From: a virus
Taxonomy: Duplodnaviria; Heunggongvirae; Uroviricota; Caudoviricetes
IMG/VR virus record: IMGVR_UViG_2698536484_000013
Coordinates: 1-17,868 of that record
DNA: 17,868 nt
Direction: 5' to 3' (one strand)
The notes beneath the pieces were generated by a model that was not told where the DNA came from, did not search any database, and saw only the letters and a list, made by a program, of their open reading frames with translations. Both the position numbers and the translations under genes were made by a program. The stretch's first letter is position 1, and each line of letters begins with the position of its first letter. Shown here piece after piece: positions 10,912 to 17,868 of this stretch.

Positions 10912-11585
10912 TGGAACCCACAATTTATCACCGTATCGACGGTACCAAATACAGGAATGTCTGGGTTGTTGGTGATCTGCATGGTTGCTACACCAGACTG
11001 ATGTCCGAACTCCATCGTGTGGATTTTGACCCGGCGCAGGATTTACTGATATCGGTCGGCGACCTTATCGATCGCGGTACTGAAAATGTCGAATGTCTGG
11101 AACTATTGCAGATGCCCTGGTTCAGGGCAGTGATGGGGAACCATGAGCGGTTGATGCTCGATGCGTTAAGTCCTGATGGCAACGTGAATAACTGGCTAAT
11201 GAATGGCGGACAATGGTTCTTCATGCTGGACACTGATCAGGAAATATTAGCCAGGGCGCTGGTGGAGCTGGTAAAGCGTCTGCCCTATATCATTGAGTTG
11301 AACACCGGGCAAGAAACTATCGTTATAGCCCATGCCGACTATCCGGATAATGAATACCAATTCGGTAAGGAGGTGCCGCTTTTCAACGTTGTCTGGGCGC
11401 GCGAGCGTATCAGTGATTCGATGGATGATATTGGTGGCGAAATTTCGGGCGCAGATCGTTTTATCTTTGGTCACACTCCGGTGAAAAGCCCGAAGACATT
11501 CTGGGATCAGCAGTATATCGACACTGGTGCCGTATTTTGCGGAAACCTGACATTGATGAAAGTGAAAGGTGATGGTGCAGCATGA
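10908..11585 (+). CDS. Ser/Thr protein phosphatase, lambda-PPase (NinI)-like metallophosphoesterase
   Basis: GDLHGC, GDLIDRG and GNHE metallophosphatase motifs; near-collinear with lambda phosphatase as recalled ([20 protein letters not shown]...[14 protein letters not shown]). Start ATG 10908 overlaps the upstream stop; the ORF track start 10893 is less likely. Would correspond to the P1 phosphatase gene if the P1-like context holds. Confidence 0.9.
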
Positions 11586-12283
11586 AGATTGCTTTAGTTT
11601 TTCGCTCTGGTGGTGACTATAACGCTTCCGATGTGCAGTGGCTGGTTAATCAACTGCCAAAAGGCTATGAAATTATTTGCCTGACAGACCTGAAGCGTTT
11701 ACATGTACCTGGCGTCAAAGTTGTCCCATTGATCAACCAGTGGCAAAAGTGCCGTGGCTGGTGGGCGAAAATCGAGTTGTTCCGACCGGATATAACCGAT
11801 GATCTGTTCTATCTGGATTTGGACACGGTTATTGCCGGTGATATACGCCCAATCCTAGAGCATCCACCAACCAGCTTCACCATGCTTAGGGATTTTTACC
11901 ATCCACAATATCGTGGCAGCGGTGCCCTGTGGATACCAAATAGTGTTAAAGCGCATATCTGGAGTTCATTCTGGCAAGATCCGGAAGGTTGGATTTCTCG
12001 TTGTGTCACTACTGAGTGCTGGGGTGACCAGGGGTTCTTACGAAAGGTTATGGGCGATGATACACCAGCATTTCAGGATCTGTATCCAGGATGGTTTGTA
12101 AGTTACAAGGCCGATGTTGTGGAACCTGGTTCAAAATATGCGAGCGCGCGTTACTCCAGGGGGAATGGGGCATTACCAAAAGACTGCCGAATAATCTTTT
12201 TCCACGGCAAACCGCGACCTCGCGAAGTGTCAGAGGATTGGCTTCCCCTTATCAGCTCATTTTTTGAGCGAGAATCAGAATAA
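11582..12283 (+). CDS. GT-A fold glycosyltransferase-like protein (GT8-like: DxD and HxxGxxKP motifs)
   Basis: 233 aa; N-terminal [21 protein letters not shown], DxD in [12 protein letters not shown]-terminal FFHGKPRP resembling the GT8 HxxGxxKPW motif; ATG overlaps the phosphatase stop (ATGA). Family assignment by motif only. Confidence 0.75.
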   Translation: MKIALVFRSGGDYNASDVQWLVNQLPKGYEIICLTDLKRLHVPGVKVVPLINQWQKCRGWWAKIELFRPDITDDLFYLDLDTVIAGDIRPILEHPPTSFTMLRDFYHPQYRGSGALWIPNSVKAHIWSSFWQDPEGWISRCVTTECWGDQGFLRKVMGDDTPAFQDLYPGWFVSYKADVVEPGSKYASARYSRGNGALPKDCRIIFFHGKPRPREVSEDWLPLISSFFERESE

Positions 12284-12284
12284 T

Positions 12285-12301
12285 ATTGCTCTAATAATTC
12301 C
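12285..12301 (+). promoter_or_regulatory. C1-operator-like 17-mer ATTGCTCTAATAATTCC (first 13 nt identical to the recalled P1 consensus)
   Basis: Directly follows the stop codon at 12283; forms the left arm of an inverted pair with the site at 12334-12350. Confidence 0.5.
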
Positions 12302-12310
12302 ATATTTTTA

Positions 12311-12339
12311 AAGCGTGATGTACACTCATCACGTTTTTT
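12311..12339 (+). terminator. Rho-independent terminator
   Basis: CGTGATG-tacact-CATCACG perfect 7 bp stem followed by TTTTTT; preceded by AAAG. Confidence 0.7.
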
Positions 12340-12350
12340 ATTAGAGCAAT
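12334..12350 (-). promoter_or_regulatory. C1-operator-like 17-mer in inverse orientation (reverse complement ATTGCTCTAATAAAAAA)
   Basis: Overlaps the terminator T tract; 14 bp upstream of ATG 12365. Confidence 0.5.
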
Positions 12351-12364
12351 CTACAAGGTGCACT

Positions 12365-12583
12365 ATGTGGCCATTCCGACGGAAATATCACTACTGGCTG
12401 ATCGCCTTTGTTACGCCGACCGGCGGTATCAGGCATGTCATCACCAGGTATCGCAACAAGAGACTCACCTTAGCCAGAATTTTACAGGCTGCCATAGGTG
12501 AGGGACTGGATACAAATTGCGTAGTCCTTCCTCCTTCATACTTAGGAAAAATGACCGAAGCACAAGCTAATACGGAACTTTGA
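12365..12583 (+). CDS. Hypothetical small protein (72 aa)
   Basis: AAGGTG 6-7 nt upstream of the ATG; stop is 1 nt before the next start (12585); no recognisable motif. Confidence 0.45.
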   Translation: MWPFRRKYHYWLIAFVTPTGGIRHVITRYRNKRLTLARILQAAIGEGLDTNCVVLPPSYLGKMTEAQANTEL

Positions 12584-12584
12584 A

Positions 12585-13847
12585 ATGAGCACTTCAGCAC
12601 AAAACCAATCAATCGAAAATGTATCTATCCCTGATGTCCTGAATGCCGGTATCCCGGCCATTATCCAGAACATCCGGGCCGCGCAACGCCGCGTTAGTTG
12701 TGATGACCTCACAGCACGTTTTTTTGATAATGCGGTTCAGTCAGCGGAGATGCTTCACGCACAGCTTATTGATGTTTATAACGCAGAAGCTGATAGCCAT
12801 AACTCCCTGGTAGATGCAGCTGAAAATATGCAGTTGGATCTCGGTCTGAAGGGTAAAGAAATTGAAGAGCTTCAGCTGCAAATTGAACATTTGAAACGCC
12901 AGCAACAGGACGCGATCGACGATGCGACGCATGACGCCAACCAGCGTGCTGATAATGCCGAACGTATAAGCATTGAGCTGGAAACAAAACTCAATGGAAT
13001 GACCGCGATGGTTGAACTGCGGAACTCACAGATTTCAACGCTAAAATCTCAATATAAAGAGATCATGAAACTTGATCCTTTTAACCTTGAGAAACGCTAT
13101 AACAAAGCTAAAAGCGAGCGACAGGAACTGCGTAAGCAGGTCGCCGACCTTAACCAACAGCTCAAAAAAACTATTAAAGATGCAAGCGAAGCGCGCGTGG
13201 CATTTGCTAATAAAAAAGCAGAGGTTACCGCGCTGGTTAATGAGAATGCCAAATTTGCGACGCTCAAGAAGGAAATGTATGGCATTACTGAGCGCCGTTT
13301 CCCTGCAAGCAAACTTCATCCGACGTTAGGGCAAATCTCCTTCTTCCCGCGCCTCCTGGCTTATGGGATCTCATCGCCTAAAGAGTTCAATAACGAGCGT
13401 CCTTATATCGTTTCTAAGCTGGACTTTGCTTATCAGTTCTGCTGCGACATGGGCTATGCCATTGATATCCGAATCAACGAATGGTTGATGCCAAACTTCC
13501 AGCCGCTGGCCATTTTCCGCGAGTTCCAGCCGGAAGGTTGGGTAGAGTTCTTCCATGAATTGATCTGTAAAGAGATGGAAAGCCGCCGCCCGGAACTGGT
13601 CCGCCGTGTCGAGTGGGCGCAAGAGGTTATGTTGGCAGATGCAGAGCTGCCGTTCGAACCGGAATTTATTGATGATCTGGCAGCTAAAGGGCTGCATACC
13701 CTGTTTGATGTGGTTACCCGCCGTCATGAGCAGTTGGTTGTCGAATTGGGTTTAGAGGAAACAGCGGCAAGAAGACTTCTCGATGTTTGCTATGCACGTA
13801 GCGATGCATGGGAAAAAGAGAACGGCGGCACTATTTACGTTCGCTGA
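12585..13847 (+). CDS. Coiled-coil protein with C-terminal globular domain (function unknown)
   Basis: 420 aa; residues ~60-230 are heptad-rich (LQLQIEHLKRQQQD..., RQELRKQVADLNQQLKK); C-terminal half aromatic/Cys rich; followed by a strong terminator. Confidence 0.85.
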   Translation: MSTSAQNQSIENVSIPDVLNAGIPAIIQNIRAAQRRVSCDDLTARFFDNAVQSAEMLHAQLIDVYNAEADSHNSLVDAAENMQLDLGLKGKEIEELQLQIEHLKRQQQDAIDDATHDANQRADNAERISIELETKLNGMTAMVELRNSQISTLKSQYKEIMKLDPFNLEKRYNKAKSERQELRKQVADLNQQLKKTIKDASEARVAFANKKAEVTALVNENAKFATLKKEMYGITERRFPASKLHPTLGQISFFPRLLAYGISSPKEFNNERPYIVSKLDFAYQFCCDMGYAIDIRINEWLMPNFQPLAIFREFQPEGWVEFFHELICKEMESRRPELVRRVEWAQEVMLADAELPFEPEFIDDLAAKGLHTLFDVVTRRHEQLVVELGLEETAARRLLDVCYARSDAWEKENGGTIYVR

Positions 13848-13867
13848 CAGTTACAGTGTCACTTTTA

Positions 13868-13900
13868 ATGCTGGTGGAGTGCGCCCACCAGCATTTTTTT
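13868..13900 (+). terminator. Rho-independent terminator
   Basis: ATGCTGGTGG-agtgcgc-CCACCAGCAT 10 bp perfect stem followed by TTTTTT. Confidence 0.75.
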
Positions 13901-13919
13901 CGTCCAATGAGGAGGGCAT

Positions 13920-14426
13920 TTGAGTATTTTCAATAAACATGCACACCAGGAACGTCCGTATATCGTCATAGTCGATATTGATGGAACAATATCAGAGGCA
14001 ACTGAAGACAGACTGCATTTGCTTCCGCCACCAGGTAAAGGTGCATTAACAAAGGACTGGAACGAGTTTAATCTCGCCTGTGACACCGATACTCCCATTA
14101 CTCCAGTTATTGATATGGTGCGCCAGTTATTTAACGTTTACACGGTCTGGTTTGTAACCGGGCGCTGTGAGATCGCAAGGGATAAAACACGAGCCTGGCT
14201 GCGGAAGTACGTAACAAACGGGGCTGAGCCTTTGCTATCTATGCGTCCTGCCACCGATGACACAAATGACGGCCCAGCAAAGATTGATCTCCTTAAGAAA
14301 ATTGGTCTAAGTAAAATCGCGTTCGCGCTGGAAGATAAGATTGAAGTGGCGCGTGTTTTCAGGAGGCACGGCGTGCTTACGTTAATGGTCAGGGAGTATG
14401 AAAATGCGCTTCTTCACCAACAATAA
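13920..14426 (+). CDS. HAD-superfamily phosphatase (DxDGT motif)
   Basis: 168 aa; motif I VIVDIDGTISE near the N-terminus, motif II VWFVTGR, downstream Lys and acidic motifs (DLLKK, LEDK). The only in-frame start upstream of motif I is TTG 13920, with GAGGAGGG SD. Confidence 0.75.
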   Translation: MSIFNKHAHQERPYIVIVDIDGTISEATEDRLHLLPPPGKGALTKDWNEFNLACDTDTPITPVIDMVRQLFNVYTVWFVTGRCEIARDKTRAWLRKYVTNGAEPLLSMRPATDDTNDGPAKIDLLKKIGLSKIAFALEDKIEVARVFRRHGVLTLMVREYENALLHQQ

Positions 14427-14442
14427 TTGCTCTAATAAATCT
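14426..14442 (+). promoter_or_regulatory. C1-operator-like 17-mer ATTGCTCTAATAAATCT (16/17 to recalled P1 consensus)
   Basis: Begins on the last base of the HAD gene stop codon; best of the four matches. Confidence 0.55.
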
Positions 14443-14524
14443 TGATTTTTAAAACAGAGAAAGTGAAAATAAAAACATGCCGCAAGGCGCGGCATGTATC
14501 CAATCAATCACAGGAGCTGAAAAT

Positions 14525-14611
14525 ATGAACACGGCATTCAAAATCATTATGGCCGCGATCTATTTCTGGCTGTTCTCTATCACTTTTGGCGGCATCGTCG
14601 CACATGGGTAA
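14525..14611 (+). CDS. Possible 28-aa hydrophobic micropeptide
   Basis: MNTAFKIIMAAIYFWLFSITFGGIVAHG; CAGGAG SD 8 nt upstream of the ATG; one predicted transmembrane helix. Too short to be confident. Confidence 0.3.
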   Translation: MNTAFKIIMAAIYFWLFSITFGGIVAHG

Positions 14612-14620
14612 GGGGGATGC

Positions 14621-15349
14621 ATGAAAGGCGAAGTGAAAGAGCGCGGCATGATTTTCAACGATGAGATGGTCCGGGCCATCCTCGAAGGAAGGAAAACGCA
14701 GACGCGGCGGATAATGAAAAATCAGCCTGCGGAAGTTGGTCCAGAAGCACCAGTGATGGTTAGAAAAATTGGTGCAGGTTTTCAGTGGTACGGGGCTGAT
14801 GGTGTAAGCAGTGTTTTCAATTGCCCATTTGGTATCGTCGGCGATCGAATTTGGGTTCGTGAAACATGGGCGATATTAGGCAATGAGGATGGTTGCAGTG
14901 TGGACTGGAACGACAACCTTTGTCGTGGCGATGAGAAGAACGCAGCAAGGATTTATCGGGCCAGTTGCGAGCAAAAACCTGGTGATTACGGCTTATGGTC
15001 GATACCCGATGATGCCGACTGGAAACCTCACACTGTGAATGAAAAGTTTGATGGTGGGTGGCGTCCATCAATTCACATGCCGCGATGGGCATCACGCATT
15101 CTGTTGGAAATTACCAACGTGCGCGTTGAACGGTTGAACGATATCAGCGAATGCGATGCAAGGGCTGAGGGCGTTCCGCCTGCTGGAAGTTTGCTTCCTG
15201 ATCACCCGGGAACATTCCTTACTCCCAAGGGGGATTTCGCAATGGCCAAGGTTGCGTTCCAGCGCCTGTGGGAATCCATCTATGGTGAAGAAAGCTGGAA
15301 CGCTAATCCCTGGGTGTGGGTAATCGAGTTTAAGCGCATTCAGGAATAA
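14621..15349 (+). CDS. ASCH (PUA-like) domain protein
   Basis: 242 aa; N-terminal MIFNDEMVRAILEGRKTQTRR fits the ASCH G-x-K...R signature; GGGGG SD 4 nt upstream. Confidence 0.75.
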   Translation: MKGEVKERGMIFNDEMVRAILEGRKTQTRRIMKNQPAEVGPEAPVMVRKIGAGFQWYGADGVSSVFNCPFGIVGDRIWVRETWAILGNEDGCSVDWNDNLCRGDEKNAARIYRASCEQKPGDYGLWSIPDDADWKPHTVNEKFDGGWRPSIHMPRWASRILLEITNVRVERLNDISECDARAEGVPPAGSLLPDHPGTFLTPKGDFAMAKVAFQRLWESIYGEESWNANPWVWVIEFKRIQE

Positions 15350-15432
15350 ACCGTGAGTATGCATCAAATCGTCAGTTTTTCAGGTGGACGAGCATCGGCC
15401 TGTCTCGTTCATCTGTTCGAAGAGGTAGTGGC

Positions 15433-15636
15433 ATGACAATCGTAAAAACCCATACCGGCACCGTGATCACCAAAGACGGTCCGCAGGTAAAAAAACTGCA
15501 CCAAACAGAGCGGATGTGGGGCGTCGGCAAAAATGAGTTTTACCACAAAGATACCGGACGCCGCCACTTTGCAGAAAATACGCGCCGTCGTCTGCTGTTA
15601 GACACCATCAAGCCTATCGAGGTGAAGCATGTTTAA
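15433..15636 (+). CDS. Hypothetical small basic protein (67 aa)
   Basis: GAGG SD about 8 nt upstream; overlaps the next ORF by 8 nt. Confidence 0.55.
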   Translation: MTIVKTHTGTVITKDGPQVKKLHQTERMWGVGKNEFYHKDTGRRHFAENTRRRLLLDTIKPIEVKHV

Positions 15637-15868
15637 ACAGAACGAAAAAGCTATCGCTCAAATTGCTGATTATATCCCGCGTGCGTGCCGGGGTATGCAG
15701 TTGCAGGAAGCCAAAGCGCGCCTGGAGAAAAAAATTGCGCTCTATATTGATGACGGCTGTGATGCTGCCGTTCTTAACGCGGCGTTCGCACCAGCTCTTA
15801 ACAGTCATACTCGGGAGTCTTTTTTTTCGTGCATCGAAGCGCAACTCCGCAAAGGAGGCAGCCAGTGA
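15629..15868 (+). CDS. Hypothetical small protein (79 aa)
   Basis: Start overlaps the upstream gene; stop overlaps the GTG start of the Ea22-like gene (GTGA). Confidence 0.55.
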   Translation: MFKQNEKAIAQIADYIPRACRGMQLQEAKARLEKKIALYIDDGCDAAVLNAAFAPALNSHTRESFFSCIEAQLRKGGSQ

Positions 15869-16362
15869 GCGAAATTAATTACCAGGCACTGCGTGAGGCG
15901 GCAGAACGTGCAACTCCAGCAATGGAACGCCTGTTAATGTTGCCAGTTGATGATGATTTGTTAAGTGAACAGGAACTTAAAGATTACGGTGTGGATATTG
16001 ATGCGCTCAACGCCTTCAAATTTCTGACCGGACCAGAAACCGTGCTGGCACTACTGGATGAACGGGAAGCAGACAAAAAGCGCATTGCAGAACTGGAAGC
16101 ACGGGAAATAAAACCAGCCAAAGGTGAAGTTCTTGTCGTTGTTTCTGGTTTTACTGGTTGCGGAAAAAGCGCCATTGCCGGGGAAATAGAAATCGCGATG
16201 AAGGCTATTGGTGTACCGGTTCAGTGGACTAATGGCGATGCGGAAAAGCGCATGACAGGAGCTGACTGGCTGACAGCGATTGAGATGTACAAACCAACAG
16301 TGCGCATCGTGGAAGTTAATGTGCCACGCGCCGCAGGCATTCGCATCAAAGAGGGTGAGTAG
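15865..16362 (+). CDS. Ea22-like family protein
   Basis: GTG 15865 with AAGGAGG SD 6 nt upstream; N-terminal SEINYQALREAAERA, central LLDERE...KRIAELEA, C-terminal AGIRIKEGE, matching the Ea22 pattern recalled from lambdoid prophages. The ORF track start 15829 is a non-SD upstream start codon. Confidence 0.8.
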   Translation: MSEINYQALREAAERATPAMERLLMLPVDDDLLSEQELKDYGVDIDALNAFKFLTGPETVLALLDEREADKKRIAELEAREIKPAKGEVLVVVSGFTGCGKSAIAGEIEIAMKAIGVPVQWTNGDAEKRMTGADWLTAIEMYKPTVRIVEVNVPRAAGIRIKEGE

Positions 16363-16367
16363 TGCGT

Positions 16368-16538
16368 GTGGCATGTATCGGTTTGTTACCGTACCCGACT
16401 CGTTTTTGGGCTTCTGCGCTAATTGCAAAGCCACATGTCCTGATGGCTGACAACATCATCCCGGCACCAAAGCGCCGCCATACCGGTATTGCAGCGGCAC
16501 GACGAGCAGCAAAGAGACGCAGGAGAGCAAAGCGATGA
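16368..16538 (+). CDS. Possible small protein with Arg/Lys-rich C-terminus (56 aa)
   Basis: GTG 16368 with GAGGGTGAG upstream; ends ...AAARRAAKRRRRAKR; stop overlaps the ATG of the next ORF (ATGA). Below the ORF-track size cut-off. Confidence 0.3.
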   Translation: MACIGLLPYPTRFWASALIAKPHVLMADNIIPAPKRRHTGIAAARRAAKRRRRAKR

Positions 16539-16711
16539 AAAACCGTAAGGCAAAACGACTTTTTTTACAGCGACCTGTGCGTGTGGTGGAGCTGGTTATT
16601 AGCAACCATAAGATAGCGGTACTCCATCCATTTGGTCAGGTGGCTTTTGCCGCAAAGCGTAAGCCTACTGCGTCACAGAACAGGCGGAAGAAAGGGTACG
16701 CAGTAAGATGA
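16535..16711 (+). CDS. Small basic protein, paralogue 1 (58 aa, MKNRKAKRL...)
   Basis: Begins with the same first 7 codons as the next ORF (ATGAAAAACCGTAAGGCAAA vs ATGAAAAACCGTAAAGCAAA) and shares KP(T/S)A(S/A)QNR near the C-terminus; stop overlaps the next start (ATGA). Confidence 0.5.
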   Translation: MKNRKAKRLFLQRPVRVVELVISNHKIAVLHPFGQVAFAAKRKPTASQNRRKKGYAVR

Positions 16712-16896
16712 AAAACCGTAAAGCAAAGATTCTGTTAGTTCGTAGAAACGCTCCTGGCGTCTGGCAGTGGGTGAGACTCAGCAACCGACGGATGGGGTTG
16801 ATGAAATATTACGGGGTGATGGATTGTGGTTTTTGCAAAAAGCCCAGCGCGGCGCAAAACCGCTGGAAAAACCACTTGCGCACTAAAGGAGAGTGA
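16708..16896 (+). CDS. Small basic protein, paralogue 2 (62 aa, MKNRKAKIL...)
   Basis: ORF in the track; tandem duplicate of the preceding small ORF; contains CGFC. Confidence 0.6.
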   Translation: MKNRKAKILLVRRNAPGVWQWVRLSNRRMGLMKYYGVMDCGFCKKPSAAQNRWKNHLRTKGE

Positions 16897-16897
16897 T

Positions 16898-17107
16898 ATG
16901 GCTATCGCTGCAAGTTACACCATGCATCTCTATTGTGATTGCCTCCAATGTACAGATGGCAAATATAAGTCGCCAGACTTCGGTGAGTATATAGGTACGT
17001 CATGGGCTGGCTGTGCAAAAGAGGCGCGCAAGGATGGCTGGCGAATAAGCAAAGACAAAACGCGTGCTTTTGCGCCCGGGCATAAAGTTTTGAGGATTAA
17101 CAAATGA
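16898..17107 (+). CDS. Small cysteine-rich protein (69 aa), probable metal-binding
   Basis: ATG 16898 with AAAGGAGAG SD 5 nt upstream; HLYCDCLQC...GC cluster. The track ORF start at 16826 lies inside the upstream gene. Confidence 0.6.
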   Translation: MAIAASYTMHLYCDCLQCTDGKYKSPDFGEYIGTSWAGCAKEARKDGWRISKDKTRAFAPGHKVLRINK

Positions 17108-17868
17108 CCACTATAACCAAAGATCGACTACTGACAATCAAGCAGTGGCGCGAAACATACGGACCGGGTAGCAACGTTGTACTGCCAGCAGAAGAAGCGG
17201 AAGAACTGGCACGGATTGCTCTGGCATCGCTGGAAGCAAAACCAATAGGTGCATTCCACATTGCAGAACAGCAAGTTGACGGCACAAGTGACTACCTCAA
17301 GGATGGAGAATGGCCTATTGATAATGGAATTATTGAGGTCTACGCCGCTCCCCCCGTTCCAGTAGTACCGGAAGAAAAACCAATGCCTAATCCTCTTAGC
17401 ATGTACGCGGTTGATGCTGTTGCCGCTATTGCAGAGGTGAGAGGCTGGAACGCCTGCCGTGCCGCTATGCTTCAGTCCGGAAACTTTCGGGAAAACAAGA
17501 ATTCGTCAACCAATAATTTTCGGGAAATCGCGGAAACGTCAACCAACTATCCGGTAATTCCTAGTGAGGTGTTGTCCGCAATCCAGAAGGTTGTCAAGAT
17601 TCGTGTCGATTTCGATGATTTTGACGGTGACAGGCGAGGTATCGGTGATTGTCTGGATGAGGCTGAGCAAGAGCTTATCGTTACCATTAACAAATATGCC
17701 AGTCAGTTGGCAGCAGAACCTATAGCGCCTAATGACGTTCGAGAGCAGACAGCCATTCCGCAAGTTCCGGTAACTCCGGATGGTTGGATAAGCTGTAGTG
17801 AGCGAATGCCGAATACCAAAACAGCCGTTCTTGTTGCCGTGGAGTTTGACAGGAAAGGTGACTGGCGA
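17104..17868 (+). CDS. Eaa-like protein with DUF551-type C-terminal region (3' end truncated by the window)
   Basis: Open frame from ATG 17104 (overlaps the upstream stop, ATGA) to the window end, checked codon by codon; PDGWISCSERMPNTKTAVLVAVEFDRKGDW matches the DUF551 pattern of lambdoid Eaa proteins; contains an in-frame 33-nt imperfect tandem duplication. Confidence 0.75.
   Translation, partial: MTTITKDRLLTIKQWRETYGPGSNVVLPAEEAEELARIALASLEAKPIGAFHIAEQQVDGTSDYLKDGEWPIDNGIIEVYAAPPVPVVPEEKPMPNPLSMYAVDAVAAIAEVRGWNACRAAMLQSGNFRENKNSSTNNFREIAETSTNYPVIPSEVLSAIQKVVKIRVDFDDFDGDRRGIGDCLDEAEQELIVTINKYASQLAAEPIAPNDVREQTAIPQVPVTPDGWISCSERMPNTKTAVLVAVEFDRKGDWR
17485..17550 (+). repeat. Imperfect in-frame tandem duplication, 2 x 33 nt
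   Basis: tttcgggaaaacaagaattcgtcaaccaataat / tttcgggaaatcgcggaaacgtcaaccaactat (25/33 identical), encoding FRENKNSSTNN / FREIAETSTNY inside the Eaa-like ORF. Confidence 0.7.

Noticed and set aside
13865-14098. Minus-strand 77-aa ORF across the terminator and the start of the HAD gene
   Set aside because: Spans a strong plus-strand terminator hairpin and overlaps a motif-supported CDS on the other strand.
15614-17763. Minus-strand ORFs in the right-hand block (15614-15844, 15984-16175, 16051-16434, 17097-17285, 17539-17763)
   Set aside because: Antisense to a continuous chain of coupled plus-strand genes; no SD.

Overview
The window reads as a segment of a temperate tailed phage or phage-plasmid of Enterobacterales, most consistent with a P1-like element. 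That identification rests on recalled P1 biology (Ban DnaB analogue, the C1 operator consensus ATTGCTCTAATAAATTT) and on motifs read by eye; no search was run. Layout: (a) + strand 1-3790: SPFH lipoprotein gene, tRNA(CAU), a DnaB-family helicase and a translationally coupled GT-B glycosyltransferase-like gene, ending at a bidirectional terminator. (b) - strand 3837-8588: a tightly packed six-gene operon ending in a gpV/gp5-type baseplate spike, so a baseplate-hub module. (c) Divergent control region 8589-8734. (d) + strand 8735-17868: accessory genes including a Zn-ribbon protein, VRR-NUC nuclease, two tandem paralogous GSGPS-motif Rossmann proteins, a lambda-PP-type Ser/Thr phosphatase, a GT8-like glycosyltransferase, a coiled-coil protein, a HAD phosphatase, an ASCH-like protein, Ea22-like and Eaa/DUF551-like proteins, and a chain of coupled small basic ORFs. 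Four intergenic 17-mers match the recalled P1 C1 operator consensus at 14-16 of 17 positions. The best candidate for an undescribed system is the glycosyltransferase-rich operon at 9628-12283, with the second glycosyltransferase-like gene coupled to the helicase; the function of both is inferred from motifs only. No CRISPR array, rRNA, integrase or IS element was seen.
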